A stretch of 64,000 nt of DNA from positions 2,784,001-2,848,000 of the forward strand of contig CAVXRD010000002.1 of assembly GCA_963764165.1 (NCBI GenBank), written 5' to 3'. The translations under genes were made by a program, and so were the position numbers. Positions 27,636-36,864 of the stretch are shown in pieces. Position 1 is the first letter of the stretch. Every line of letters starts with the position of its first letter. Source of the DNA: an uncultured Verrucomicrobiae bacterium (lineage in GTDB: Bacteria; Verrucomicrobiota; Verrucomicrobiia; Limisphaerales; Palsa-1400). The notes beneath the pieces were generated by a model that was given only the letters and a program-made list of their open reading frames with translations, did not search any database and was not told where the DNA came from.

Positions 27636-28907
27636 CTAGCGGTCGCACTCTCCCATCACGAAATCGATGGAGCCAAAAATCGCCACTGTATCGCTCATCA
27701 TGTGGCCTGGCAGCACATGCGGCAGAATGCTCAAATTGCAGAAAGACGGTGCGCGGATTTTCAGCCGATGCGGCGTGCCGCCACCCTTGCTGTGAATGTA
27801 AAAGCCCAGTTCGCCCTTCGGATTTTCCGCGCCAAAATAAACGTCGCCGGCCGGCACGTTCGGGCCTTCCGTCACCAATATAAATTGGTGAATCAATTCC
27901 TCCATGCTGGTCAGCACTTTGCGCTTGGTCGGCAAAGTGATTTTGCCATCCGGGATGCTGACGGGTTCCTTGGCCGCGTTGTCCGCGCCGCCGGGAATTT
28001 TGTCGAGGCACTGTTTCAAAAGCCGCACACTCTGCCGCATTTCCTCCATCCGCACCATGTAGCGATCATAGCAATCGCCGACGGAGCCGGTGGGAATCTC
28101 GAATTCCAATTGATCGTAAATGAGATACGGATGCGCCTTTCGCAAATCAAATTCCACCCCGCTCCCGCGAAGATTTGGGCCGGTCAAACCGTAATCGATG
28201 GCGTCCTCGCGCGAAATGTGGCCGATATCCCGCGTGCGATCCACGAAAATGCGGTTGCGCGTCAACAATTGTTCGGATTCCTCGATGTTCGCAGAAACTT
28301 CCTCGAGAAATTTCCGGCATTGCGAAACCCAGTCCGGCGGGAGATCGCGGGCCAATCCGCCAACGCGGGTATACGAAGTCGTAAAACGCGCCCCAGTGAG
28401 GGACTCGATCAAATTGTAAATCGTCTCGCGCTGTGTGAACGTGTAGAGGAACACCGTCAGCGCGCCCACGTCCATCGCAAAGGAGCCAAGCCCGAGCAAA
28501 TGCGCGGAAATGCGAGCCAACTCGCAGCAAATCACGCGAATATACTGGCAGCGTTGCGGAATGGCCTTCTCAATGCCCATCAATTTCTCCACCGCCATCA
28601 CGTAGGCCACGTTGTTCGACAGCGGCGCGAGATAATCCAATCGATCCGTGTACGGGATGAATTGGTTATAGGTCATGTTCTCGGCGATTTTTTCGTCGCC
28701 ACGATGCAGGTACCCAATGTCCGGTATGGCCTTGGTGATGATCTCGCCATCCAACTCCAGCACAATGCGCAACACGCCGTGGGTCGCGGGATGCGACGGC
28801 CCCATGTTCAGGATCATCTTGTCACCGTGGATGTCCTTCAATTCGTCGAGCGCCGCCGCCGCGCGGGCCGCTGGGTCTTTAATCGAAATGTCCAAAGCAG
28901 AACTCAT
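27636..28907 (-). CDS. nuoD: NADH-quinone oxidoreductase subunit D
   Basis: NMGPSHPATHGVLR, GYLHRG, DRLDY, ENPKGELG, DFVMGECDR. Confidence 0.96.
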   Translation of the reverse strand: MSSALDISIKDPAARAAAALDELKDIHGDKMILNMGPSHPATHGVLRIVLELDGEIITKAIPDIGYLHRGDEKIAENMTYNQFIPYTDRLDYLAPLSNNVAYVMAVEKLMGIEKAIPQRCQYIRVICCELARISAHLLGLGSFAMDVGALTVFLYTFTQRETIYNLIESLTGARFTTSYTRVGGLARDLPPDWVSQCRKFLEEVSANIEESEQLLTRNRIFVDRTRDIGHISREDAIDYGLTGPNLRGSGVEFDLRKAHPYLIYDQLEFEIPTGSVGDCYDRYMVRMEEMRQSVRLLKQCLDKIPGGADNAAKEPVSIPDGKITLPTKRKVLTSMEELIHQFILVTEGPNVPAGDVYFGAENPKGELGFYIHSKGGGTPHRLKIRAPSFCNLSILPHVLPGHMMSDTVAIFGSIDFVMGECDR

Positions 28908-28916
28908 GGAAAGAAA

Positions 28917-29594
28917 TTATTTGCCCTCCTTCTGGACGGCGCCGGGGCCGTGTGAATGGCCGTGCGCTTCCTTCACGTCGGGACGGCGTTCGAGTCGGGC
29001 ATTGGTCTCGACGTCATCAGTTTCCGGCAAGCGCACACGCGGTTCGCGCGCCGTGCTGGTAGAACCGCCGGCGATTGTGACGAACGGCCCACCTTCCAAT
29101 GGAGCCGGTTTGGTGAATGCGACTTCCGAAACCTCCGACGATTTGCCCGCCAGTGGAAAATCCTTCCGCAACGGGTAATACGGATATCCATCCCACATCA
29201 AAATGCGGCGCAAATCGGGATGATTGCGGAAGCGGATGCCCATCATGTCGAAAACCTCGCGCTCGTGCCAATCGGCGGCCCGCCACACACCTGTAACCGT
29301 CGGCAATTCGCATTTCTCTTCGCCTACATCGGTCTTGATCCGCAAATGGGAATGGTGGCTGTAACCGTAAAGATGGTAAACGACAGTGTAGCGCGGGTCG
29401 GTGCCGTAATTGTCCACGCTGCTGACATCCACCAGAAAATCGAAGCCAAGCTGCCGCTTCGCGTAATCGCACACCGCGGAAATCGCCTCGGCATCCGACA
29501 GAATCACGGTGATTTCGCCGCGAAATTCCGCTGGTTCGGCGATGATGTCGCCAAAACGGGATTTTAGTTGTTGCGCGAGTTCGAGTGCAGGCAT
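28917..29594 (-). CDS. nuoC: NADH-quinone oxidoreductase subunit C
   Basis: WHEREVFDMMGIRFRNHPDLRRILM...PLRKDFP. Confidence 0.95.
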   Translation of the reverse strand: MPALELAQQLKSRFGDIIAEPAEFRGEITVILSDAEAISAVCDYAKRQLGFDFLVDVSSVDNYGTDPRYTVVYHLYGYSHHSHLRIKTDVGEEKCELPTVTGVWRAADWHEREVFDMMGIRFRNHPDLRRILMWDGYPYYPLRKDFPLAGKSSEVSEVAFTKPAPLEGGPFVTIAGGSTSTAREPRVRLPETDDVETNARLERRPDVKEAHGHSHGPGAVQKEGK

Positions 29595-29601
29595 GGGATG
29601 T

Positions 29602-30111
29602 TCACGCGGACCGCATTTGCAGGGAAAGCGCCGGTTCGCGGCTGACTTTGCCTTGCAGCTTGATTAATGCATCCAGCAGCGCCTCGGGGCGCGGCGGACA
29701 ACCGGCGACGTAAACATCCACCGGGATGATTCGGTCAACTCCCTGGAGCACCGCGTAACTGCGATACATGCCGCCTGTCGATGCGCAGGCTCCCATGGCG
29801 ATGACCCATTTGGGTTCGGCCATCTGATCGTAAATTCGTTTTACCGCCGTGGCCATTTTATATGTGACGGTGCCGGCGACGATCATGACGTCGGATTGGC
29901 GCGGTGAAAAGCGCATGACCTCCGCGCCGAAACGCGCGATGTCAAAGCGGCTGGCGCCCGCCGCCATCAATTCGATGGCGCAGCAGGCCAATCCCATGGG
30001 CATGGGCCAAAGCGAGTTTTTGCGGAACCAATTAATGGCCGCATCCAACTGCGTGTGAACCACATCCCCTTCCACCTTTGAATTATATCCGATTTCAGTC
30101 TTCGATTGCAT
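29602..30111 (-). CDS. nuoB: NADH-quinone oxidoreductase subunit B
   Basis: [33 protein letters not shown]. Confidence 0.96.
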   Translation of the reverse strand: MQSKTEIGYNSKVEGDVVHTQLDAAINWFRKNSLWPMPMGLACCAIELMAAGASRFDIARFGAEVMRFSPRQSDVMIVAGTVTYKMATAVKRIYDQMAEPKWVIAMGACASTGGMYRSYAVLQGVDRIIPVDVYVAGCPPRPEALLDALIKLQGKVSREPALSLQMRSA

Positions 30112-30453
30112 GGTGTGTCGAAACCCGAACCATATGGCGTACTAAACATCTGAACCATTAGCGAGGCAAGCACTTTGTGCTTTTTTTCACAAGGAAGGGT
30201 TATGGACCGGCATGGGATACCGCCGCCGGGCAGGGAAAAATCCGCTGCGCCCGCCATGGGCTCTGTATTAGAAGCATTTGGCCCTCCACGTCGGCGCCTG
30301 TCATACTGTCATACAGTACACTAAATTTATTGTCAATAATCCTTGCATTTTTCAGTAAATGTGCCAAAAATCCCGGCAGCAAGACTTCCTGCCGAAGCAG
30401 GCGGGAAGGCAATCAACCTCAATTAAAAAATTAGTTAGGAAAGTGAATCTGAA

Positions 30454-31188
30454 ATGAAAAAACTGATCGTATCTCTCATGTTTTCTGCAATCGCATTTGC
30501 CGGCTACAATGCCGCAGCTCAGACAATAATCCCCGAGGCCTTCAAATTTTCCGCCACTGTGGAAGCGCAACTGTCGAATACCTTCAACAACCCTACGTAT
30601 ACGACCACCCATAGCAGCACCGGCACAGGATCAAAGTTGACCACCGTTACCAACTACACGACCAATGCGGTGACTACTCTAACCAAGCCGGTCACCTTAA
30701 ACGACAACAAACTCGTCGAGATGTTGGCCTATTCGCTGTCGACGACGTTCGCGCGTGGCAGTTCTTTGGTTATCGATAGTTACTATAACATCTACGTCCT
30801 GAGCGGCACCAATTACACGAGTGTTTCCAGTGTGTTGACGATCACCCCCGAGAACATCTTGTATTCGGGAAAGGAAAAGGCTACCACAACTGTGACCACC
30901 AAAGGCACCAATGTCACGACTAAGTATTCAGGTGGAGAAGCCCTGACGGAAACGATTGCGGGCAAACTGACCTACGATGACTCCTCCCTGAAAACCAATG
31001 GTGTCACCACCTTCCATGTTTATGGAATTGCTAAGGCGGCGTATGACATTGTCGACGGCGCCACCAACATCACTACGGGCAATTTTAGTGTGACCGGCGG
31101 CGTCGGCACTGGCATCATTTCCAACACGCCGTCCATTCTGAGCGACGTCACTATCTCCGGCTCTTACAAGGTCAAAGAAGCCAACTAA
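30454..31188 (+). CDS. Secreted Thr-rich hypothetical protein
   Basis: Signal peptide MKKLIVSLMFSAIAFAGYNAAA-Q; Thr/Ser/Gly-rich, beta-strand-like sequence. Confidence 0.8.
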   Translation: MKKLIVSLMFSAIAFAGYNAAAQTIIPEAFKFSATVEAQLSNTFNNPTYTTTHSSTGTGSKLTTVTNYTTNAVTTLTKPVTLNDNKLVEMLAYSLSTTFARGSSLVIDSYYNIYVLSGTNYTSVSSVLTITPENILYSGKEKATTTVTTKGTNVTTKYSGGEALTETIAGKLTYDDSSLKTNGVTTFHVYGIAKAAYDIVDGATNITTGNFSVTGGVGTGIISNTPSILSDVTISGSYKVKEAN

Positions 31189-31217
31189 GCGGTTCTTAAA
31201 TTTAAACATATCCGACG

Positions 31218-31250
31218 ATTCGCCCGGTGCATAACCGGGCGAATTTTTTT
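31218..31250 (+). terminator. Rho-independent terminator
   Basis: ATTCGCCCGGT-GCATA-ACCGGGCGAAT followed by a T run. Confidence 0.8.
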
Positions 31251-31401
31251 GGGGAACGAGTCTTCGTCCCTTTTCCCGCCACAGATCAGGGTCAATTTCC
31301 ACAGGCTCGATGGCGGCAGCTTCATCCCGCGAAAGTTCCGTCTGCTCCCCAGATAGGCGCCTCTGCAGCCCAATTCCCGGACCGCTCAGCGAATGGAAGC
31401 C

Positions 31402-31439
31402 AAAACGAACCGCCGGGGAATCCGCCCCAACGGCGGTTC
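31402..31439 (-). terminator. Probable terminator of yajQ
   Basis: GAACCGCCG...CGGCGGTTC stem followed by GTTTT on the minus strand just after the stop. Confidence 0.5.
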
Positions 31440-31445
31440 CATTTT

Positions 31446-31931
31446 TTAATCGCGAAAATTTTCGAAGCTGAGTGAAACCGGGAATTCGTGGCCGCGAACC
31501 GCCGCGATCACCGATTGCAAATCATCCCGATTCTTTCCCGTGACGCGAATGGCGTCGCCTTGAATTTGCGTGGTGACTTTCAGTTTCGAGTCGCGAATAA
31601 AACTGGTTACCTGTTTGGCCGCCGCCTGTTCGATCCCTTGTTTGATTTTGATGACCTGGCGCGCGTGGCCGAGCGGCGAAATATCCGGCGGCATGGACTC
31701 AACGCTCTTCATGCTGATCTGGCGTTTGGCCAGGCGCGTGATGACCATTTCGTGCAGCGCGGTGATTTTGAATTGGTCGGTGGCGGAAAGTTTGATCTCG
31801 GTTTTCTCCAATATAATTTCCGCGTTGGCGCCCTTGAAATCGAAGCGGTTCGCCAATTCCTTTTTCGCCTGGTTGACCGCGTTCTCGATCTCCATCGAAT
31901 TCACCTGTGATACAATATCAAATGACGGCAT
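31446..31931 (-). CDS. yajQ: YajQ family nucleotide/c-di-GMP-binding protein
   Basis: MPSFDIVS...NAVNQA...RFDFKG...QIQGDAIRVTGK.RDDLQ...F.NFRD. Confidence 0.95.
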   Translation of the reverse strand: MPSFDIVSQVNSMEIENAVNQAKKELANRFDFKGANAEIILEKTEIKLSATDQFKITALHEMVITRLAKRQISMKSVESMPPDISPLGHARQVIKIKQGIEQAAAKQVTSFIRDSKLKVTTQIQGDAIRVTGKNRDDLQSVIAAVRGHEFPVSLSFENFRD

Positions 31932-32116
31932 GGCAGTAATTTAATGAAGGACCGCGCGAAGACAATTCACTTTTCGGCCACAATTTTAAGGGGAAGCCAC
32001 AGATTGACGCAGATCAACACAGATAAGAATTAATCCGGGCGATAAATGACAGAAATGGACGGGTCGCGCATGATATATCATTTGCTCCCCCCCTTCGTTA
32101 ACTTCGTTTCCTTCTG

Positions 32117-33238
32117 TTAAGACCCTTTGGGCAAATTTTCATTGTCGCTGCGAAGGTTAGCGCCAATGCCGGAGCCTCCCTGCCTTCCAAACACGCTCGT
32201 GAGCACTTTCCGATGCGCGCCGGTGAAAGGAAGCGTTTTCAATTTCGCCTTCGTCGTCCACGAATGGCCCTCCATTGCGTAAGCGAATCCGGCGGGAAGT
32301 TGGGCGCGGTACGCTTCCAGCAAAATTCGGTAGCGTGTAATGGAATGGCGAATGCGGAAAAACGGCGCGTCCTCCGCCAACTCAAACGGTGCAACCAGCG
32401 GCGAAACGTCCTTGGCGTCGGCAGCCACTTCGAAACTCGGAAATTCCCACAAACCCGCATTCACCACTCCGGCCGGACGGCGCTGCACCAGGGTTCGTTC
32501 GCCATCATGCACAACCAGTGCAACAAACCGCCGCTGTGTTATGGCGATACGCGCAGTCAGACTGGGAAAGTCCTCGACGCGATTTTTTGCGAACGCGAAG
32601 CAATGCCCGCGCAGCGGACATTCCGCGCATCGCGGCTGGCGCGGGAGGCACACCAAGGCGCCCAATTCCATCATCGACTGATTCAAATGGGACGGATGCG
32701 TGGATGCCTTGACCATCGCCTCCGCCGCGCTCCAGAATTTCGTATTAACGTCTTTGGCTTTCGGATCGCCTGTAATTCCGAACACGCGGCTCAAAACGCG
32801 AATGACATTCCCATCGAGAATCGGCGTCGGTTGATCGAAGGCGATGCTGCAAATCGCGCCTGCCGTGTATCGCCCCACTCCTGGCAGCGCGAGCACGTCA
32901 TCGAACGTCGATGGAAAACGGCCGCCATGCTGCGCCACGATCACCTTCGCCGCTGCCTGAGCCAGATGAACGCGCCGGTAATAACCCAGCCCCTCCCACA
33001 ATTTCAAAATGCGCTCCGGCCGCGCCCGCGCAAAATCCGCCACCGTCGGCAGCGCCCTCATCCACATCTCAAAATACGGAACGACCGTCTTGACCTGCGT
33101 CTGCTGCAGCATGATTTCGGACACATATATACTATATGGGTCTTTCGTTCTCCTCCAAGGCAAGTCTCTTGCCTGTTTTGAAAACCATTTCAAAAGGCTT
33201 CGGACGATATTAGGAATATTGTTCTGAGGCCGCGTCAT
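32117..33238 (-). CDS. mutY: A/G-specific adenine glycosylase
   Basis: RDLPWRRT.DPY...SEIMLQQTQV, WEGLGYY, LPGVGRYTAGAI, DGNVIRV, C-x6-C-x2-C-x5-C, GLWEFP. Confidence 0.95.
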   Translation of the reverse strand: MTRPQNNIPNIVRSLLKWFSKQARDLPWRRTKDPYSIYVSEIMLQQTQVKTVVPYFEMWMRALPTVADFARARPERILKLWEGLGYYRRVHLAQAAAKVIVAQHGGRFPSTFDDVLALPGVGRYTAGAICSIAFDQPTPILDGNVIRVLSRVFGITGDPKAKDVNTKFWSAAEAMVKASTHPSHLNQSMMELGALVCLPRQPRCAECPLRGHCFAFAKNRVEDFPSLTARIAITQRRFVALVVHDGERTLVQRRPAGVVNAGLWEFPSFEVAADAKDVSPLVAPFELAEDAPFFRIRHSITRYRILLEAYRAQLPAGFAYAMEGHSWTTKAKLKTLPFTGAHRKVLTSVFGRQGGSGIGANLRSDNENLPKGS

Positions 33239-33245
33239 GTGCTGC

Positions 33246-33512
33246 TTACTGTTCCCCAAACTCAACCCATGCATTGTCTTCGATTACGAGTGGAATTTTC
33301 TCCTTTTGGCACCAGACTGTTAATTCTTCTCTAACCTGCTCCCACTTTCCTTTGGCCCAAGCTGGGGCACACGCCTGCCACTTGGGGGCGGTTGGAAAAT
33401 AGACCGTTAGCACGCCCATCGTCAATTCGATGGTAAATTGTTTGCCATCCATCGATCCAATCAACAGTTCTTTCCACCTCGGTTGGAATCTTATTTTGGA
33501 TTCGGTGTTCAT
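33246..33512 (-). CDS. Hypothetical protein (88 aa)
   Basis: ATG start, Trp-rich globular sequence, AT-richer; ends 7 nt before the mutY start. Confidence 0.7.
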   Translation of the reverse strand: MNTESKIRFQPRWKELLIGSMDGKQFTIELTMGVLTVYFPTAPKWQACAPAWAKGKWEQVREELTVWCQKEKIPLVIEDNAWVEFGEQ

Positions 33513-33518
33513 AAAGCT

Positions 33519-33614
33519 TTAGAATTGCATCTCATGAAGCATGATTTTGGATATCCGGACAGCGTAAGGATCACTCGTCCGCGGCCCGGGGGAGGTCGCG
33601 CGCATTTGCCGCGA
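33519..33614 (-). pseudogene. Degenerate relic of a mutY 5' end
   Basis: Minus strand reads AANARDLPR/PRTSDPYAVRISKIMLHEMQF* with one frameshift, versus intact SKQARDLPWRRTKDPYSIYVSEIMLQQTQVK. Confidence 0.8.
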
Positions 33615-33767
33615 TCCTTTTCGGGTAGGGTGGGACTAATTCGTTAATTGTGCGCTTTTCCAAGAGGAGCAAGTTTTGTGTCCGGCGAGAGCCGGGTCAA
33701 TGCAGCAATCAAAACGGCTCTTTGGCTATACCAAGGAAAATGCCCCTCCCCAGCGCCCCTGCAAGAC

Positions 33768-34007
33768 TCAGTCCGCAGGCGGGCACGAACGGGCTGCCGG
33801 CCATCGCTTAAAGGATTCCGCGCTTTCGCCCGACACTTTGCCCGCGAGAATGTTCTCAACACCGATATCTTCGTCCAAGTCAATCGGGGACCCAGCCATC
33901 GGCACAGAAACCGTGCGGCCATCGGCCAAATCCACGATAAGGCAGTCTTCAGTCAATCGAACTGCAGTTGCTCGGCTGGCGGCGCTATCAATCACCAAAG
34001 GAGTCAT
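33768..34007 (-). pseudogene. DUF2442-family gene with an internal deletion
   Basis: LIVDLADGRTVSVP joined directly to DLDEDIGVENILAG; the usual W.PRL...G.GIHW segment is absent. Confidence 0.65.
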
Positions 34008-34106
34008 GCCATTTTTGCAACAGTATCACCTGATGCTCTGAAATCAATTTGAAGACGCTATTCTTTCAAGAGAAGCGACTGATTTATTTCTGCCGCGTGC
34101 AAGTCC

Positions 34107-34323
34107 CCATCCCGGAAGGGATGTCAGCTTGCAGCCGGTGGTTGAGCGCAAGCGATACCACCGGAACCAAACACCAATATCCTCCTGCTCCCTGAAAGGG
34201 TGCCAGATCAGTTAAGACAAACGGCTGGCACGCCCAGCCGGGGTGCCGGATAATTTTATCTCCGAATCCGGTGGTGCCGCTCCGCTCAACCACCGGCTGC
34301 AAGCTTGGATGCCTCTGGCATCG
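34107..34323. repeat. Long REP-like inverted repeat element
   Basis: GCTTGCAGCCGGTGGTTGAGCG...ACCACCGGA pairs with TCCGGTGGT...CGCTCAACCACCGGCTGCAAGC; inner GTGCCAG/CTGGCAC. Confidence 0.7.
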
Positions 34324-34343
34324 GGTGCCGAAGCCGCTAAAAT

Positions 34344-35351
34344 TTAGACGCGTTTGCCACGGCTGTTCTGGCCTTTTGGAACCAGCGGAAACAACCCCGG
34401 ACAGCAACCTATCACTTCGTGAAACGCGCAGCTGAAATGGCTCAGGCTCGAATAGCCCACTTCCATCGCCACTTCAGTCACGTTCATGCGGCCTTCGCGC
34501 AGTAATGCAGCCGCCCGCTCCATTCGCAAATCGCGCAGCGTGACGGAGATGGTTTTGCCAACTTCACGCGTGAAAATGCGGCTGAGATAAAAATGGCTGC
34601 AACCGACGCGGCGCCCCAATTCCTCAAGGTCAGGCGGTTCAGCGAGATTTTCATTAAGGATCGCCAGGACGCGCTGGACCCGGTCGCGGTTCAACTGGTG
34701 CTGGCGCTGGCAGAATAGCTCCTTCTCTCCCGTTGGCTGGTAGAGAAATGCCGCTGCCGCCTCCAGGGCCTTGGCGCGAAACCACAAGCGTTGCGCGTTT
34801 TTGAAAACGGGGGGGTTTTGGAAGCTCATCACCCATTGCTGCTGATCGTGCGTCAGGCGGACGGGTTCGGAAACCATGGCCGACTCGTGCTTGAGCCCAG
34901 CGAGAAATCCGCTCACCCGCGGATGCAGCCCGTTTTCGCTCGGTTCTAATTCGCGCTGGAGAAACGGGAGCGACATCTCGACGGTGATGAATTGGTGGCG
35001 CTGCCCGGCGTCCCGCGAGGCGGCCAGCGTGGAGCCGTTTTGCGCGTAGAATCCGGCGGTGGCTGTCCCGAGTTCCAAGCTGTCTCGGCCAGATCGGACG
35101 CTCGCCGCCCCGGACAAGTTGAGGCAGATTTCGACGCTGCCGGGGTGGAACGCCTTGGCCCAATCAAGCGGGCGCTCGGCGGAAAAGTCATGCCACTCCA
35201 CGCTGTAGCCGGATTCGCGAAAACCGCCGTGCAGCTTGCGCCAGCCGCCGCCAAATGGCTTCCAGACATCCGTCTCCGTGAAGGAACCCGCGCGCGAACC
35301 CGGCAGATTTCCGGCCGCACGCTCCTCGCTATTTTTCACCGCAACTTCCAT
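34344..35351 (-). CDS. AraC family transcriptional regulator (PchR/YbtA-like)
   Basis: C-terminal PPDLEELGRRVGCS...RMERAAALL...NVTEVAMEVGYSSLSHFS. Confidence 0.9.
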   Translation of the reverse strand: MEVAVKNSEERAAGNLPGSRAGSFTETDVWKPFGGGWRKLHGGFRESGYSVEWHDFSAERPLDWAKAFHPGSVEICLNLSGAASVRSGRDSLELGTATAGFYAQNGSTLAASRDAGQRHQFITVEMSLPFLQRELEPSENGLHPRVSGFLAGLKHESAMVSEPVRLTHDQQQWVMSFQNPPVFKNAQRLWFRAKALEAAAAFLYQPTGEKELFCQRQHQLNRDRVQRVLAILNENLAEPPDLEELGRRVGCSHFYLSRIFTREVGKTISVTLRDLRMERAAALLREGRMNVTEVAMEVGYSSLSHFSCAFHEVIGCCPGLFPLVPKGQNSRGKRV

Positions 35352-35372
35352 CAGCCTCGGACATTACGGGAT

Positions 35373-35389
35373 TTGAGACTGATTCTCAA
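35373..35389. promoter_or_regulatory. Fur-box-like palindrome upstream of the AraC gene
   Basis: TTGAGACTGATTCTCAA about 20 nt upstream of the start codon. Confidence 0.55.
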
Positions 35390-35626
35390 CTGTTAAACCT
35401 CACCCAGCCCGGGGGCTGCGGGAAATTAAACAGAAACGAAAATCGAGAGCGCAGAGGAAATGCATCAAGAATTTCGAACATGAGCCAGACCGAGGCGTGG
35501 AGAACTGCTCCGACGATCTTGGCTTTCTTGGTTACCTTTGTTCCTGTGGCGAGGCGTCGCTTCCGATGCAAGGAGTTCGAGTCAATTGAAGCTTGTCCGA
35601 GGGAAAAACGATGGTAAATTGCGATT

Positions 35627-36661
35627 GTGAGCAACGAAGGCACAGGAGGAAGCAAACCACTTAAGCTGGTCGTGTGCGGTCGTTGCAAAGCCTCCAACTT
35701 CATTTCGCGCGATCTTCCCCAGTTTGGCACGGAGCCGTGCAAAAAATGCGGCCATCCTGTGATGCTCCCGGTGATGATGAATAATTTCGAGCTTCGCACA
35801 GTCGTGGCGTCCGGGGGCATGGGAACCGTTTACACCGCCTTCGACACCCGCCTGAGCCGCGAAGTGGCCATCAAAATGCTGAAGCGCGAGATGGCCGAAG
35901 ATCCGAAAGTCATGGCCGGATTCTATGCCGAGGCGCGCGCCACCGCTTCGCTGAATCACACGAACATCATCCACATTTACAGCTTTAATGAGTTCGAAGG
36001 CCGGCCTTACCTCGTGATGGAACTGGCCAATCACGGCAGCCTCGACGGCCGGATTGAACAGGAAACGCGCGTGCCGGAGCGGGACGTTCTGGATGTCGGG
36101 TATAAAATTTCGTCCGCTCTCTCGACGGCCTTGAAGCACAATCTCCTGCACCGCGACATCAAGCCTGGAAATATACTTTACAACGCGGACGCGGAGCCAA
36201 AATTGATCGATTTCGGGCTCGTGCGGGCGGCGGAAGTGGACGATTCCTACGAGGAGCACATTTGGGGAACCATTTATTACGTCGCCCCGGAAAAAGTGCA
36301 GCGTCGCGGCGAGACGTTCCAGTCGGACATGTACAGCCTTGGAGGAACCCTCTATCACGCGTTAACCGGCCATGCGCCTTTCGAAAAAGTGCGGGGCGAA
36401 GAAACTTCCGTCGACGACATTGTGATGGCCCACGTGCATACCCCGCTGCCGCCTCCCAACGAGCTTGTTCCCGAGATTACCGAGATGACAAGCAACGCCA
36501 TCATGCGCGCCATGGCCAAAGAGCCGGCAGAGCGTTTCGAGAGCTACGACGAAATGCAGCTTGCGCTGGAAATTGCCCGCACTTATGTGCTTAGGCAGCA
36601 ATCCCAGCAAACCGATGAATCAACCCAGGCTGCGTCAACGCGTCGGTGGTGGAAGCGCTGA
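35627..36661 (+). CDS. Hanks-type Ser/Thr protein kinase with N-terminal Zn ribbon
   Basis: CGRC...CKKC; GGMGTVY, VAIK, HRDIKPGN, DFG, YVAPE, DMYSLG. Confidence 0.93.
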   Translation: MSNEGTGGSKPLKLVVCGRCKASNFISRDLPQFGTEPCKKCGHPVMLPVMMNNFELRTVVASGGMGTVYTAFDTRLSREVAIKMLKREMAEDPKVMAGFYAEARATASLNHTNIIHIYSFNEFEGRPYLVMELANHGSLDGRIEQETRVPERDVLDVGYKISSALSTALKHNLLHRDIKPGNILYNADAEPKLIDFGLVRAAEVDDSYEEHIWGTIYYVAPEKVQRRGETFQSDMYSLGGTLYHALTGHAPFEKVRGEETSVDDIVMAHVHTPLPPPNELVPEITEMTSNAIMRAMAKEPAERFESYDEMQLALEIARTYVLRQQSQQTDESTQAASTRRWWKR

Positions 36662-36818
36662 TTTGGCGATAGCTCTATCGGGCCGGGACTGGTTTCGGCT
36701 TTTTGTGGGTTTATTCCCAAAACCTCCAAATCCAATGTGGGTTCGACAGAGACTCGCCCTTCCGGGCCTCTTTCGTTGCGAAGAATACGCAAAAATAGAC
36801 GCTTTGAAATAATTTCCC

Positions 36819-36858
36819 TTGACAGTCACACCTAACTGTCATACTGTCATGTGACAGT
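36819..36858 (+). promoter_or_regulatory. sigma70 promoter with overlapping GntR/YtrA-type operator
   Basis: TTGACA(36819)-N17-TACTGT; palindrome CTGTCATA-CTGTCA-TGTGACAG covers the -10 element. Confidence 0.7.
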
Positions 36859-36864
36859 AAACGC

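Noticed and set aside
30370..30415. Hairpin CTTCCTGCCGAAGCAGGCGGGAAG as a riboswitch
   Set aside because: No match to an aptamer consensus I can recognise
31995..32120. Short degenerate 9-mer repeats (CACAGAT/CGCAGAT; CTTCGTT) between yajQ and mutY, similar at about 35519 and 57390
   Set aside because: Too short and degenerate to assign a function from this window alone
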